NCBI GenBank assembly: GCA_001687465.1
Contig: LVLI01000341.1
Coordinates: 62,001 to 126,000 of the forward strand
DNA from: Halocafeteria seosinensis
Taxonomy: Eukaryota
Reading direction: 5' to 3'
DNA length: 64,000 nt
The position numbers and the translations under genes were made by a program. Below are positions 25,601-39,467 of the stretch, piece after piece (the stretch's first letter is position 1; each line of letters begins with the position of its first letter). The notes beneath the pieces were generated by a model. It was not told the origin of the DNA and ran no database searches. It worked only from the letters and a program-made list of their open reading frames with translations.

Positions 25601-28600
25601 GCAAGTGATTCGGATGCTTCCCTATACTGCCGCTTCCGAACAAATGGAAAATAGAGGCAACCTGTTGGAGATGCTGCGAGTCTTAGAAGCATGCGCTCAG
25701 CATGACGAAGCCGCCGAAATTATAGGCCGTCAAGGAGTTGTCGATGCCGTCACAGACTGCGTGCAGTCCACCCGCGCTTTCGCATTGATAGCTGGTAGAG
25801 ATGCCTCTTCGGATAGTTACCAGGCAGAAGTGGCTGAAGCTATTGCTTCTCTACTCGGACGTCTAGTGGGTGGGGCCGAACTCGTTCGAGTGGTTGAAGA
25901 GATCTCAGAAAACGAGAAGCCTGTAACGACGGCTTCTCAGCAGTATTCGTCCCGTGGGCAACTGAAAGTGGAGCCGCGAGTGCTTGAGAGGCTGCCTTTT
26001 CTACTCAGGAAGTTCGGTTTGTTTGTTACCACGGCTGCCGCGCAACAGACGGGAATTGATACCCTGCGCCAAGGCGTTGCTTCTTGCTTGGGGGTAGCCA
26101 TGGCGGCTGAACGTGTCTGGAGCATGGATGGATGGGACCAGCCGTCGCCTAACACTCCCCAGGAGTATCTCGTGAACTGTCTCTCAACAGGCCTTATCGC
26201 CATAGATAGCACCCTGGAGAAGATCCAACATGAGATGTTGGATCGCTGCGATCAAGAGTTTTTTGATTTATTGGGCGAACTTGTAGTGTTTCTTATTAAC
26301 CTCTGCAGCGCCCCTGTCGAATTGTCCTCGCTTGCCATTTCTTGTCTGGCAAAATGTCTAGATTGTTCTAGGGATGTCCTTTTCACCATTGGTAATGATG
26401 AGGAAGGTTTGCGTTCCCTTGTGTCTGCACTAAGGGTAGCCAGTGAGCGCGGTATGGAGTCCCTTGCAAGTTCGACTATGAAAGTGCTTTCTGTAGTGTG
26501 TCATGCCGATGAACCAAGAGAATCGCTGATTAAAATGGAACTGTATTCGTTGGTGTTGAATGTTTTAGGAGATATGGTCCAAGAAGCAGGGTCTACAGCC
26601 CAAACGTTTGCTTTGGAGCTATTGGACGCACTGTGCCAAAAGGACGAAATTCGAAACTTCTTGATATCGGGTGGCATACTGGCTTTGGTTCGGAGTATTC
26701 TTCAGCGCCACTGTAGTGACCCTTACAACCCCAGTGTTGGGTTGTTGAGAGCAGCATGCGATTTGCTAGCTCGTCTGTTAGGGGCTGTGGACAAGACAGA
26801 GGAAGTTGATGCGAACGCTGAGCGGTGGAGTGAGTTTCGTACAACTTTGCGAAGAGTGTGCAAATCAGCCACGTGCTCCACAGGTTACTTGGACAATGCT
26901 CCATGTATGGTTTCGGCGCTTTCTCTTGTATCCATGGCTAGTGACGATAGTGTCCTGAAGAACTCGGTTGTGTCGGAGAACGTGAGAGTCTTGATTGACA
27001 GTGGTGTGGAGAATCTAGTGGTCCTGGCGATGTCCTCGTCCTCCTCCACTAGTGAAGTCTTAGAAGCTGGCCGTAAGGCCCTAGTTAATCTAGGTCTTTC
27101 TTCCAAGGTGAATGAGTATATCGAAACCATCAACGCGCATTGTGACGCGGCGTTACAATGGATGAATGCTGGCTGGACGCCTGATACCGAAGAGGTCCAG
27201 TCCTTTATCAGATCCGTAGTTGATACCTTAAAGAACGTTTCCGCTACTGTGGCTGGTTCTGATAAGTCGCTAGTGGACGGTCCGCTTGCCCGAAGCATTT
27301 TCGACGCAATGGGAACATCTTATTCGGTGGGTGCGCAGTGTCGCCAATTATTGAAACATGTTGGTTCCCCTGCGCTATCCCAAGCGAGTAGTTTGTCGGC
27401 TGATCTCTTTGGTCTAAGTGTACAAATCAGTGGACGCCTCCTCGCTTTTGCTGTGGGAAAGAAAGGGGAGAAGGATCAGGACGCCATTCAAATTACGGAG
27501 ATTGTCGGCCTTGCTGTAGATTCGCTCCGACAAGGTGCTCTGGCGGTTCGGGTAATCGAATCGGCCATTAAATCGATTGTCGATAGTCTGCAGAGTTTTC
27601 AGAATTCAAAACCGTTACTAGACTTCTTGATAGAAGAGAAGACCATAAATTCGATAAGTCGCTTACTACGAATTGTAAGGAGAACTCAAAGCATTCGACG
27701 CATTTCGGGAAAGGCAACGGGGGAGCTAGCAAATCACAGTGGGAGCGACTTACAGAAAATGGAGAGCATCCTGCAGGATGGCCTCCAGAGGATTTCAGAC
27801 GCTATTTGTGCTAACATCGCAGAGTATAACGCTTCCACTGACAGCACACTTGTTCTAGATGGCCTTCTGGCTGCTTCTGGTTCGCAGTCTCCGGACTTCG
27901 ATGATTTCAACTCATCCGTGTCTTCTCAGTTGAACAAGTACTTGAGCGCATTAGAAAAGCACCCTCGCTTGTTTGAGAAACTGCTGGGGGTGATGCCATC
28001 CTCATTGCGGACTGTAGCCCTGCGAGGAGGGGGGGCTTTCAGTATCGCCCCTGAAGCTGAGGAATCTGCTCACACCAAAGACAACGTTGATAGTGAAGAA
28101 GCGATCTCTGCTGAAGGTATCCAGACTCGAGTTCGGGCGGCGTTGGCGCTTATTCAGAAGAGTGGGTCTATAGGTTCTAAAACGCAGCAAGATGGTCCGG
28201 ATGTCTCCGCTGGTCATGTGGCCCGACTTCGGTCTTTGTTCATGGCCCTAAAGAGTTCAGAAAATCTAATCTATGGTTCTGGCAGGGTATGGCGCAGGAA
28301 ACATTGGAAAAACAGTGAGAGCGCTGGTGCTAACCAAGGTTCCAATAGAACCAGACGGCGAGATTTGTTGGAGCTATTTCGGTCTGCCGTTAGACAGGTG
28401 ATCTCCACTGTGCGAGTTACACGACGCACAGAGGGGAGCGGTGTGATGAAGAGCGACTTCGATGAACGCTTAGACTCTCAACTCACAAGCGCGACGCTTC
28501 GAGGTGCAGAGCTTTTGAGAGACAGCACGGTTGAGTTCCTGTGTAATTCGGATTTGTCGAAATACGCAAATGAGCTAAACGACTTGTTCTGCAGTACAAG

Positions 28601-31600
28601 TACTGTAGGTGACATAATGGAGCTTCTGTTTTCTAAAGAGCCGGAAGCTATTGCAAACGGGATTTCCCTGGCTGAAAAGATTATGGGGTTTGATGCTGGT
28701 CGAACTCCCTCTCGCGAAGTGCTGAATGCTTTCTCAGAAACAGGTTTTTTCAATTTGGCGGCTCATTCACTTACCCCATGTGAGGAACACTTATCTGTCT
28801 CTAAGAAAATCGTCAAGACTTTGAATAAAGTCATCAAGGATTGTAACTACGACGCGGGGAAAATGAAGCTAGATGCGAAAGCGTTGCTTATTATACAGTC
28901 CTCTCTTCGAAACTTCCCAGACGATACCGATTTCCAAAAGGAGGGGGACCAGGTGATCACCGCACTGTCTCAAGTCCATAGTAGTCAGTCGGGTAAGGCT
29001 TTCGTTGAGAAAATTATGGAAACGCTAGATCGTTTCTTGAAGTGCTTGGGCGTCTGCCGGTACTTAAATGAAGATCGCACATACACATATGTGACCGAGA
29101 ATGAGGGCAAGACCACCACAATACCTGAAGATTTCCATCACTTTTTGAAGTGCCTGTACGAAACGGATAGGAGGGCCAGGATCCTTGATGTAGCTGCTGT
29201 AGGATCTATAGATCCTTCTATTTATGGACGATTCAAGCAAATTATAGAGAGGCATTCCCACGACCCGGGCATTATTGGAATGTGTCAAGGAATTCTAAGT
29301 AAAGTCGCCGATAGTGAGGACAACCTCGTTGAATTTGCAAACAGTGATGTGGTTTCCAGTGTAATCGATCGAAGTGCTATTCATTTAAGCGATATTCGTG
29401 TGGCTGAGACGTTCCTCAATTGCATCCAACCACTGTCGTTTGAAGGTGAATACTGTTCCTTCTTGGCCTCGAAGCGTGTAACAGGTACAATAATTTCTTT
29501 GCTTAAGGACTTCGGAAACAGAAAATGTTTGTTTACAGGTTTTCCCATGAGTTGGCCTCCTCCTGGAAAGGAACAAGAGAACGAACAGCCGCTATATGTT
29601 GACGATGTTGATACTGACGCCGGAGAAAAGAACCAGATGGATGTCCGATTTGCCAAGACCCTCGTTCAAGTTCTAGCCAATTTAGCGTGCGCTAATGAAG
29701 TAGAATATAGTAACGAAGGAGAAAACATTGACCTCGCTGAGTCAGTGATTCGCAGTGATGGAATTACAGTTCTTTCTTCCCTAATGCGGGAGAATATGGA
29801 CGATGCGCGACTCCTCGAGGATGTTTTGTGTGCGTTATCGAATATTGCTTTCATCAGCATGCCAATTCAATTTATTATAGGGGAAAGCTGCATCGATTGT
29901 ATTGTCAAGGCAATGAATGCTTTCTGTCAGGATGAGTTTTTATTCCGCATGGCTTTACGAGCTATTGGGAACGTAACTCGATTGGATGAGAACATAATGC
30001 GTGTAGTAGGCTACGGGGGTATCAGTGCGTTGGTGAGTGGAATGCGGGCACATTTTTCGAAACCGGAGGTGTTAGAGTTAGCTGCGGACGTAGTCGGAAA
30101 CTTGGCGTCGGTAGATGAGAAAAAGGTGACATTAGATCGCACGACATCGATATTGAAAGAATGTCATGCCAACCGCAGTGCGGAGGACACTACCGAGGAG
30201 GTTAATGCCCTGGTCAGCCGAAGCCGGTCGTCCAAGGAAGCAGTGTGTCTAATTTTGTACGAAGATGAAGGCCCTAAAGCCATTGTTAATGCTATGACGA
30301 CGTATAACACGAATGAAAGTCTTGTAATTGCGTGTTTGCGAGCTCTTCATTATTCAAGTGGCAGTGAACATATTGTGTCAAAAATGATAGACGAAATTGA
30401 TTTGATCTCCCAGGTTGTGTTGGTGATGACCGCCTCTGACTTCAACGCGGAACTTCTTCGGAGAGGCGCTCGTGTATTGGGGCAGATTCTGACTGTGGAA
30501 AGTGCCCGACAACGACTAATCTCAACAGGTGCGCCGCAAGTGCTTCTATCAGCTATTGAAACTCACTATCCATCCACGAAATCGGACGACGAGGACAAAG
30601 CGACCGCTGCTTTAGGACTCTGCTCTACTTCTTATTCTCTACTGTACGAAATGCCTTGCAGAGAAGTTTTTGATTCGGTGAAGGAATTGAATTCGGTTAA
30701 GACGAGTGTCCACGTGTTGCGTGACAACTTGGAGAACGTTCATTTCTCTTCGATCATTGTGGAAGTACTTAAACAATGGTGTGAGGAAGATGATATCGCC
30801 GAGAGTGTTGCTCGTCTGGGATTGTCTGATGTTTTGAAACAGGCTGCGGAGAACGCAGAAGGAAGTGCGCAAGTGGGTGTCCTCCGTAGTATAGTTGATT
30901 TTATGAAAAGGGTCGTTTCAAGAGGAGAAAATGCGAAAATTCTCCTTGAGGGCAATATGATGGGCATATTCGATGCTATCATTGCGGGTATATTGGAGAA
31001 GGCGGAGGCAGATCCTGAGGCTGAAACAAAACTGAAATATCGTTTTGTTGTCATGGAAGTTTTGGGGCTATTCGAAAAAATTTGTGACAACGGGCGTGAT
31101 GAAATTATTAACCTCTTACGACAAGGGATGTGGGATATGCTGCGAAATTTACATGATGCTTACTCTCAACTGCGAAGTGGTGGACAGGAATTTTATGACA
31201 GACAGACTTGCGAGCTGGCGGAAAAGATAATGTCCATGTGCCGTGAGCATGATATTCCGCGGAACTTGGAGAAGAGTTTAAAGGGCTTCCGACAAATTCG
31301 GCAAGTTGCAAATGACCCGAGAACTCAGTTCGATGAGCTGCAAAACATTGCTGCGAAAAATTCCACAGACCCCGAGCGTGCAGGTACCATCGCCACTCAG
31401 CTAAAGTCAGATGACTTTGTTGCTGATTTGTGGATTGGAAATACTGTCACTCCGTGCTCTTTAGAATATTTACCCTCAACACGAAGTCTCGTCGTGACTC
31501 CCGTTGGAGACAGGAAAATTTCCGCTGAGAAGGAACGGATCCCCATGGCAAAGATCCGAGGTATCACAGAAGGAAATCCATTGTCTCATAAGAAGAAGTT

Positions 31601-31754
31601 GCTCAAGAGGTCGGCTAAGAAGGCAAAGAGTTTTTTTATTGAGTACGGAGAAGACAGCAAAATTGTTCACATTGAATGCTATTCTTCCGATGAGAAAGAG
31701 ATGCTGTACGAGATGCTAAACGGCCTCAGAGCCAAGAATACGGAGGATGAGTAG
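22662..31754 (+). CDS. Giant armadillo-repeat protein with C-terminal PH-like domain, GAC-like (~2986 aa), 3 exons
   Basis: Exons 22662-22849, 22910-23656 and 23729-31754 sum to 8961 nt, in frame. ARM repeats include LEDVLCALSNIAF, ALRAIGNVT and AADVVGNLAS; the tail is basic and PH-like. The CDS is secure; the GAC identity is from recalled similarity. Confidence 0.75.
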
Positions 31755-32734
31755 CCCGCAATGATTACACATTGGAGATCCTCGAAACATATCAGTAGGA
31801 AGTGTTGAATATAGCTGAAGTGTGAATAAGGTACAAACCTGTACAGTAGGCCTTGTGAGTTGCGTATGCTCAAGATCTTAGTAAGGGGACAGAAACGTGT
31901 GGATATATAGTTGAAACTGATACGACCGCCCAAAACGCCCGTCTGCTTCATTCGGCTGTTCCGGTCAACAGAACACCACATAGGTTACTCAGATATCCCG
32001 TGCGCATACTGCTTACTGTCCAATGAGCATGCACCCCTAGACTGCACCTCACCCACCATGGCACTTCCCCACGCTTTCTTGCTACTGTCCAAACGATCCA
32101 TTTGTTAGCTTCTATACAACATGTGAGACGCGCAAAAGAGAATGCATCTCCTTTCCTTGCGAATACCAGTACAGTGTTGCTTCACGTCACTTCCAGAAGA
32201 TCAGCCACACCCGTGGAGTGTTGAAATACAGCGGTCCATGGACTATGGACCATGTTCCACGGTGCTACCAGCCGAACCTTGGTTTGATTCGCGCTTCCTT
32301 TCCGGTGTATGACGTCTGTTGGCATTCTTGTTTGATGCATACACTCCGCATGAGGAAGGTGCGCAAGCTGCTGTAGCGCAATCGAAGACATTGCTATGAT
32401 AATGCTGTGAACCAAACCCTCTATGAAGCAAGTGAGTGTACAGTGGTTTGTCATGGCAGATGAATGGTCTGATTTGCAGACTTTAATGAGACACGTTCGT
32501 AGAACGCACATATCCTGCCCGGTGCGTGTACTTCCGCTTACGAAAATTTCAAGGAGACGGACCAACACCAACAATCAGCAACCTGGCTTCGAAGACCCAT
32601 AGAAGGTAAATTAGCACACCAAGAATACATTAAGCTCCAGCCGCTTTAGCATACTTTGCTTGCTGGCTCAGAAGCCCCACTTAGCACACTAAGAATGTAG
32701 TATAACACCAGCCGCCTCAGCTGGGGGCTGCGTG

Positions 32735-32752
32735 CGTGTGTGTGTGTGTGTG
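32735..32752. repeat. (GT)n microsatellite
   Basis: Run of gtgtgt... in the spacer between two convergent genes. Confidence 0.85.
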
Positions 32753-32825
32753 GGTCAACGACTTTGTTGATGTGCACCGACTTTCGTCCGAGTATTAATT
32801 TATAATTCCATTGGAGGAAGATATC

Positions 32826-35800
32826 TTATCCTCGAATCTTCCACCCCTTGGCTCTACCAATGCCGTATAACTCGGTTATTACCTTCTGGATAACTGAATT
32901 ATTGCCGGATATCGTTTGGTCCTTGGCCTCAAGTTGTCGGTATCTAAGTACGAGCCTCAATGCTGTACGGGCATCCTCGACTGAGTCATGTGTGTCACTT
33001 TGAATAGCTTCACCTAGCACATAAGCGGCCAACCAGCGGAGCGACATTATTCGTTGCCGTGGCTGTCGGTAAAGATGCACAGTATCAATGATTTGCTCTT
33101 CCGGCAACCAAATATTCAAAGTCCTGAAGTCCTTCGCTAAACCGTGTCCAATGAATCTCACACCCGCATCTACCAGTGCGCGCAGTTTCAAATACACGCT
33201 TTTGTATAAAGCAAGGCGCTTATCTGATGAAACAGGATTAAGATCATCAGCTACAATTCCAGAGAATCTTGTCAAATGGTCTACGACGGGCTCCATCGGA
33301 GCAATGTAGTCATCAAGCAAGACATCGCCAACGTTCCTTCGAGGAACCAGACCCTTTTCTGCAAGCTCCTCTTGTGTTGCATCGGTGTCAACCTTACGGG
33401 TCAGTTGTGACGGCAAAACGGGCGAGTCTTCACTCAGCTCCGGTGGAACACAGTCATTGTAAATGATGCTTAAACGAGCAGGAAGCAAACGAGCCTCCTC
33501 ACTTACAACTCGGGAACCATCACTTTGAAGTTTCGCCACATCTGTGGAAGCAGCAACAAACTCCGCATCCAAGGCAACTTCATCACCTTTTTGCAAAGAA
33601 ATCCAATGCACTTCTTGGTCCTGTGAAAACAAATTGTTTCGAACGGTTTGCCGGATTTTCTCATCAGATATTGTGTTTCCCTTGCCGAAAGGGAGTTCCA
33701 TGTGAGGCAACACAACCTTTTCTTCAGACGCTCTTGCTTGTTTAAGAGGCGGTATGGCGAATGCACTCAGTGGAACTGGGAAGTGCGGTTCGTTGTTAAT
33801 ATCGTGGGATACATCAGCCGCAAGCTCGTCGATGGAACGTATCCCTGTGGGACTGTCTTTGCCAGTAAACAATGTCATATCCTGGTAAACGCATACACAG
33901 GGGGTTCTCCAATCTCTATGGTTTCCAAAGTTCTTCGTATCGGTTTCTGTGGTTTGTCGGACTTGGAAGTCATTGAAAACCAGCCACCGATCACCTTCTT
34001 CAGCGCCTGAGCCATATTTACCGGACTTTGATACTAACACATTAGCTACGTAGTGAGATTCGTCATCGTCCCCCGACTCTGTAGTAGACACATTGCTCAC
34101 TACCGCAACAAGCCGATATCTCCGTCTAGCTTCTGATGAATCCCATGGGGGCTGAGGGACATTGTACACCGCCCTGTCAGGATCGGCATTAACAGTTGGG
34201 TGTGTAATCACCAAGTCATCGGCGGACGCGGAACTTAACTTTATGTCAACGGCAGAGGGCAACCACATATCTCCAGAAGCACTATCCTCATGCGACCAAA
34301 GATGACGTTGCCAGTCGTGAGTGCGGTCTAAATTAGAGGAAACAATAAGTACAGGAGGAAGCCGTTTCACTATTTTGGTCCGCAACATCGGAGCATTTGC
34401 CCCAAGTTCTTCAGACCAAGCTCGTGTTCTTTGTACGAAGTGCAAGGAATTCTTTAACAATGCCGAGAACGAGTAGTTCTGCTGAAATTCTTCGTCCGTC
34501 GCAAATGCGTACGGTTGGTGACGCGGATATACTATCTCCAGCAAGGGAACAGAGCTCTGTCGATGCTCTGTTGTCCGTTCTCGATCATGCTCAAATGTCG
34601 TGAAACCAGAAAACTGGAGATAAAATAAGTCCTCTACGAGCGAAACCGACGAAGCAAAGTTGCTAGTGGTCAAGACGGCATTTGGGTGAGGTTTTAACGC
34701 CTGAGAGCCGTCCTTCTGCATTTTCTCCAAGAGGACCTTCGTTAGCCCCATTACCCGCTTAGAGCAATTTAGTGATGACGGATACAAAATACCCAACTGC
34801 TTTGCTTCCGGCATATGTTGCAATGTTCTCATAAAGTTAACTGCTCTACACGAACGGCTATCGCTTCTCATTTTCCACGAACTCGAAAGCATATCATAGA
34901 GAAAGCGAAGTTCCGTAGTTAAGCACTTCGGGTGGGAGCTAAGGTGTCTTCTGATGAAACGACGGAACACCGACTGAAAGAACAGTGTTTGACAAAGCGG
35001 ATTGATAACGCTATTTGGGCCGATATCTTCTAAGCCTGAGAATTCAGTCGAGTTGAAATCGCTGAAATCAAAGTTTGAAAGGCCAACTCGGGAATACTGA
35101 AGCTTTGGCTGTCTGTAGAGGTCGGGTACACTTTCATCGCGAGGTGTTTCGGACTTAGATACGGGGCTTGAAGAGCTTTCAATGGTAATATCCTCGGACA
35201 TATTGGAAGATCTCCCTTGAGAAAATAAAGTTTGAAGAGCAGCTCTCGCTTGCTTTCGGTGCCCATCGTCCGAGAACCCCTTGTTTGCTTGCCGGGGGTC
35301 ATTATCCTGCAAGCAGTAACGTGCCGCAAGGCCCCTATTAGTTATACCCTTGGAATAGTAGAAACTATTTGGACGCATGCCAGGATTCTTGATGTATGTT
35401 ATCCGGGCCACATCCTCTCCATAAGCCTTCTGCACATTTTCATTTGCCATTTCATTCTGAAGAAACGACGACGACGTCGCATATTCCATCAATTCGGGAT
35501 TGACATCTACCCCGGAACGCCCGTACGTGAGAATGGCTCCGTCTACATCCTTTGACACCATAGAGACCGGATAGTCATAATTTTGTAGGGAAATACAATT
35601 AGGATCATCAGCAAGTCGGGCATAGCTACGTATTTCCGACTCCACAGGCCTGTACCTAGCTTCACCGCACGCTAGGATTGGGTGGACCGAGTTCAATGTA
35701 CTGTCCGGATTCATGCCGTTCCATGCACAACCAGTTAGATGAAAACCGTGTCGGCCCTTTAATGGAATCGCAAGAGGCACTCCAGTGGGATCGACAGATG

Positions 35801-37062
35801 GCCCTACAACGGCTTTCTCTAACAGTTCCGTCGACAAAATGTGGCCTAAACCGCTCGTATCTATTGTTGCTGCAAGACATCCAGAAGACGAGAGTGAGGT
35901 CGCTCCACCAATGGGTGCCAGCTGTTGTGACGATGCTAGCGTCAGAGGAGTGTAACCCTCTGGAGGTAAGACACCACCCTTTAGAGAATGAAACGATCCA
36001 TACCACATCCTGCCACTCCGAGTACCAACGATAATACTTCGTTCATCCTTCGGATGTGGAGAAGGAACAAACCGTACAAAACAAGCTGAAGCAGGAACCC
36101 CTGAACCAGTATTCACGGGAGGGAGGAATCGTTGGTTTCGAACATCGAACACCTTCAGACACGGATCTGGAAGAGCTTTCTTCCGCGGTTTACCAGCTAT
36201 CCCCATCTGAAGGTCATCACTACTGCTTTGAGGTAAATTTCCACATGTGATAATATATCGCCCGTCCTGGGAAACCGAAATATCAGAGCAACCACCGCCA
36301 TGAAAGTTAAAGGTTCCAATAGGATGAGGTGAACGCATTTTGCCATCCAATAAGGAGACTTGACCGTCACTCCCTGAGCCTAGACAAACGAGAGACTTGC
36401 CTGGTGCTGAGCTCGAATCAATACAATGGACATCATGGGGAATCGGTACACTGACCAGTGGCGTAAGTGAGTCTTTGATTCTATCCGATGATTGCTGGTT
36501 CAGATCGATGACATGAGCAGCTTTCATTTTACCCCCAATAATAATTTTGCAACTTCCGCCACTTTGGTAAGGGGAGTCTGTCACCTCCATCGCAGCCCTC
36601 AAACACCTAGGTGTCTCTGACGCTGATTCCTCGGCACCAAGCTCCATACTGAGAGCTTGCGCTGAGATCGTCTTTAGTATACAACCTCCTCGGGTGAACA
36701 ACTTGAGCTCTCCAGGATTCACACTTATCACACCACTGTACAAAAACACAATCTAAGCTTTATTCACAACATACAATATATCTTGTCAAATCATACCTTG
36801 AGAACGAATTCAAGCAGCAGGAAGCCGTCTCATGTGCTCGAAATCGAGCATACGGGTCAGCATCGAAGCCAGGCACCCCGTATCCGTGTACCCATCCATC
36901 TCTATCGGCCATCCACAGAGCTTGTTCATGCGTATCGAAGGAGAGCAAGGACGGGAAGGAGGGGAATTGGAGCTGATATTGCTCCACAAACTGCGCCCTT
37001 CCCATTCCTCCCATGGCCTGCGAGGAGGAAGAGGAGGAAGGGTATGGTGTATAATATTCCAT
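32826..37062 (-). CDS. PAN2: PAN2 poly(A) deadenylase subunit, 2 exons
   Basis: WD40-like N-terminus, inactive UCH domain (FSGLE...NSVINPLCQ), DEDDh exonuclease (VALDAEFV, GHGLAKDF, HDSVEDA). Intron 36736-36796. Confidence 0.93.
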
Positions 37063-37180
37063 GGTGGCGTCATATATGACCTAAACAACCCTCTATCTTC
37101 GTAAAACACTAAAGTAGCTGGGTAGATTGAAGTTGAAAGAGTGGCTTGTTAGGGGAAAACTAATCTTCGATATAAGGGCC

Positions 37181-38274
37181 ATGATGAGGCGTGCACAGAG
37201 TACGGTGTCTTCGCTTGTGAGAGGCTTCAGGCCACATTCACTCCGAACTGCGTCCGTCGTTGTACAGAAGCCGATACTGGCGTCTAATGGCCATCAACTT
37301 CGATGGTTTGGGAAGGCCAAACAAGCGCCCACTAGAAGGAAGAATGAGCCTCAAGTGACTGCCAATGAGGACATTAAGGGTTCCAAATTTCGGGTGGTAG
37401 ATGAGGATGGAGCACAGCTGGGGATCATGCAAAGAGACGACGCATTCCAGAAAGCGAGAGAACAGAATCAGGACTTGGTCTTGGTGGCGCCAGATGCTTC
37501 GCCTCCCGTATGCAAGTTAACCTCAGCCATTAAGCTCAAACGCAAGAGGGAGAAGGAAAAGAAGGAAGCACAGCGCCAGGAACGAGCCAATAAACTCAAA
37601 GAGATGAGATTCACTGCGAAAATTGAACCTCATGATCTTGAGGTAAAAATCGAAAAAGTTAGGAAATTCCTACGCGAACAGAAGAAAAACGTCCGAGTGA
37701 CCGTGGCATATAACCCAGGTGTTCCTCATGCGTACCAGGAACCATTGCGTCGGAAGGTGTTGAGGCAAATTGTTCGGAGCATTAACCTCGATGCGTTTGT
37801 GGATCCCAAGACGATGCAAGTTCAAGGGCCGTTCATCATGGTCGATTTGAAAGCTGATACAGTCAAGAAGGATCCACAAGATCATTTTGCCATATTGCCA
37901 CTCTTGGAGAAACCATTACAGGTTAGTAAATGCTTCTCTAAAAGTACTCTTTGAACTAAACTTTCCAACAATTTGGTTCGCAGGGTAGCGTTAGCGGGTC
38001 CACAATCAACACTTCGGCCGATGCCGCCGCAGCAGCAGCGAAAGCAGATCCCGATACAAAGGAGGACGTTGTTGGTGCTTCGCAAGTCTCTGAGACGTCC
38101 AAGGAGACACGTGCAACAGAGAGTCTAGCCGAATATATGTCAAAGAAGGCTACGTCTTTAAAGAAGGAATCCAAAGCCAAACGGCTAGCCCGCTCAAAGT
38201 CCTTGAAGAACAATCGAAGACAGACTGAAACAGACCGAGTAGAAAGAGCAGGATTTGGGACAACGCATGAATAA
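37181..38274 (+). CDS. Mitochondrial translation initiation factor IF-3, 2 exons
   Basis: Presequence-like N-terminus; NEDI...RVVDEDGAQLGIM, DLVLVAPDASPPVCKL, KEMRF...IEPHDLEVK. Intron 37922-37983. Confidence 0.88.
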
Positions 38275-38558
38275 ATTATCCTATCATTTTGCGAAACTCG
38301 CGGTAGCCATCCTAAGATCACACTGTGCCTCGATGAAGTCACTTTCTACGGTAGTTAGTGTGTTAGGATGTTTAACATAACACAGAGCTGGATTATGCGA
38401 ACTTGCTGTGTTATATACATTTATTATTAGCCGTATGGGCTTAACTTCGCAGTGCTAAGGATATTTTCTCTCTCAGTAGACACACGAAAGTATGATACAA
38501 TCTATACACACACCCTTTTCTTCTGCGCCTTGTAGATCAAGAAGACTAATGTATAATC

Positions 38559-39467
38559 CTAAACCACAGCTTTACGATCGAGATTGTCCTCCGAACCCAC
38601 AGGTGAATAAGCACCATCACCACTGAGAGTGTCTCGGCCTTTGGGGGGCTCTGGGTCCTTGGGTCTCCACACATGTGAATGCACGTGGAATTGTAAATAT
38701 CCGATAATAATTCCAGATGTAATATCCACCGAATAGTGACTCCTTGAAAGCAGTACGAAAATAACTTGTAACCCTGCCATGACGGACATGAAAATCGTCA
38801 CGAGTACAGCGGTTCTCTTCGACGTCATCTGACGGAAGTAGTACCAAAACAGACACGCGGTCGTCGTAGCAAAAAACATGTGCCCTGAAAATATTAGGTC
38901 TCCACAATTCTGGGCCGTTTTGGGGTTGCCAAATATCTCAGACAGGCTCTTCGGGCGATTTCGTGCCTCAATCTCTCCGACACAGTGTTTCGCGGTTCCT
39001 GGAAGGCTGGTAGGGATATAGATCATCATACGCAGCACTTCTCCCGTGGCGATTGCGTATAACAGACGGGTCATAATGTTAATCGTGTAGTATGGAGTAA
39101 ATCCACCTAGGCGGTGGTCCTTGAAATAGGGAAATAAGGCAACGGCAGCCACCGCAAAGCCAAAAAAGTATTGGAATAGTTCGTTGACGAGCCCGACGGC
39201 ATGGCTGTCCGACATGTCTGGTATGATTTCAAAACCCAGGTCCTTCAGATGCGTCTGCTTCAGAATCTCCGGGTTCTTGACATACCATGCAAGGGGTCTA
39301 TGGCGGTAAAAAGCAATATTGCGCCCAATGACAGTCTGCAAATAGCCGATAGTGAGCGCCGCGCCAATGATTTTCAGCCATGTTCGGTTGCTCTTCAAGA
39401 GCGCATAGTCCATCATGATGCGATTCTTGTGCTTTAGATAGATTTCTTTATACCACGACATTTTCAT
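38559..39467 (-). CDS. Sphingomyelin synthase / IPC synthase family (PAP2_C)
   Basis: LKDLGF, CGDLIFSGH and SRSHYSVDI motifs with several transmembrane segments. Confidence 0.88.
   Translation of the reverse strand: MKMSWYKEIYLKHKNRIMMDYALLKSNRTWLKIIGAALTIGYLQTVIGRNIAFYRHRPLAWYVKNPEILKQTHLKDLGFEIIPDMSDSHAVGLVNELFQYFFGFAVAAVALFPYFKDHRLGGFTPYYTINIMTRLLYAIATGEVLRMMIYIPTSLPGTAKHCVGEIEARNRPKSLSEIFGNPKTAQNCGDLIFSGHMFFATTTACLFWYYFRQMTSKRTAVLVTIFMSVMAGLQVIFVLLSRSHYSVDITSGIIIGYLQFHVHSHVWRPKDPEPPKGRDTLSGDGAYSPVGSEDNLDRKAVV

Noticed and set aside
34930..35050. Missing catalytic Cys in the PAN2 UCH domain
   Set aside because: An inactive UCH domain is normal for PAN2.
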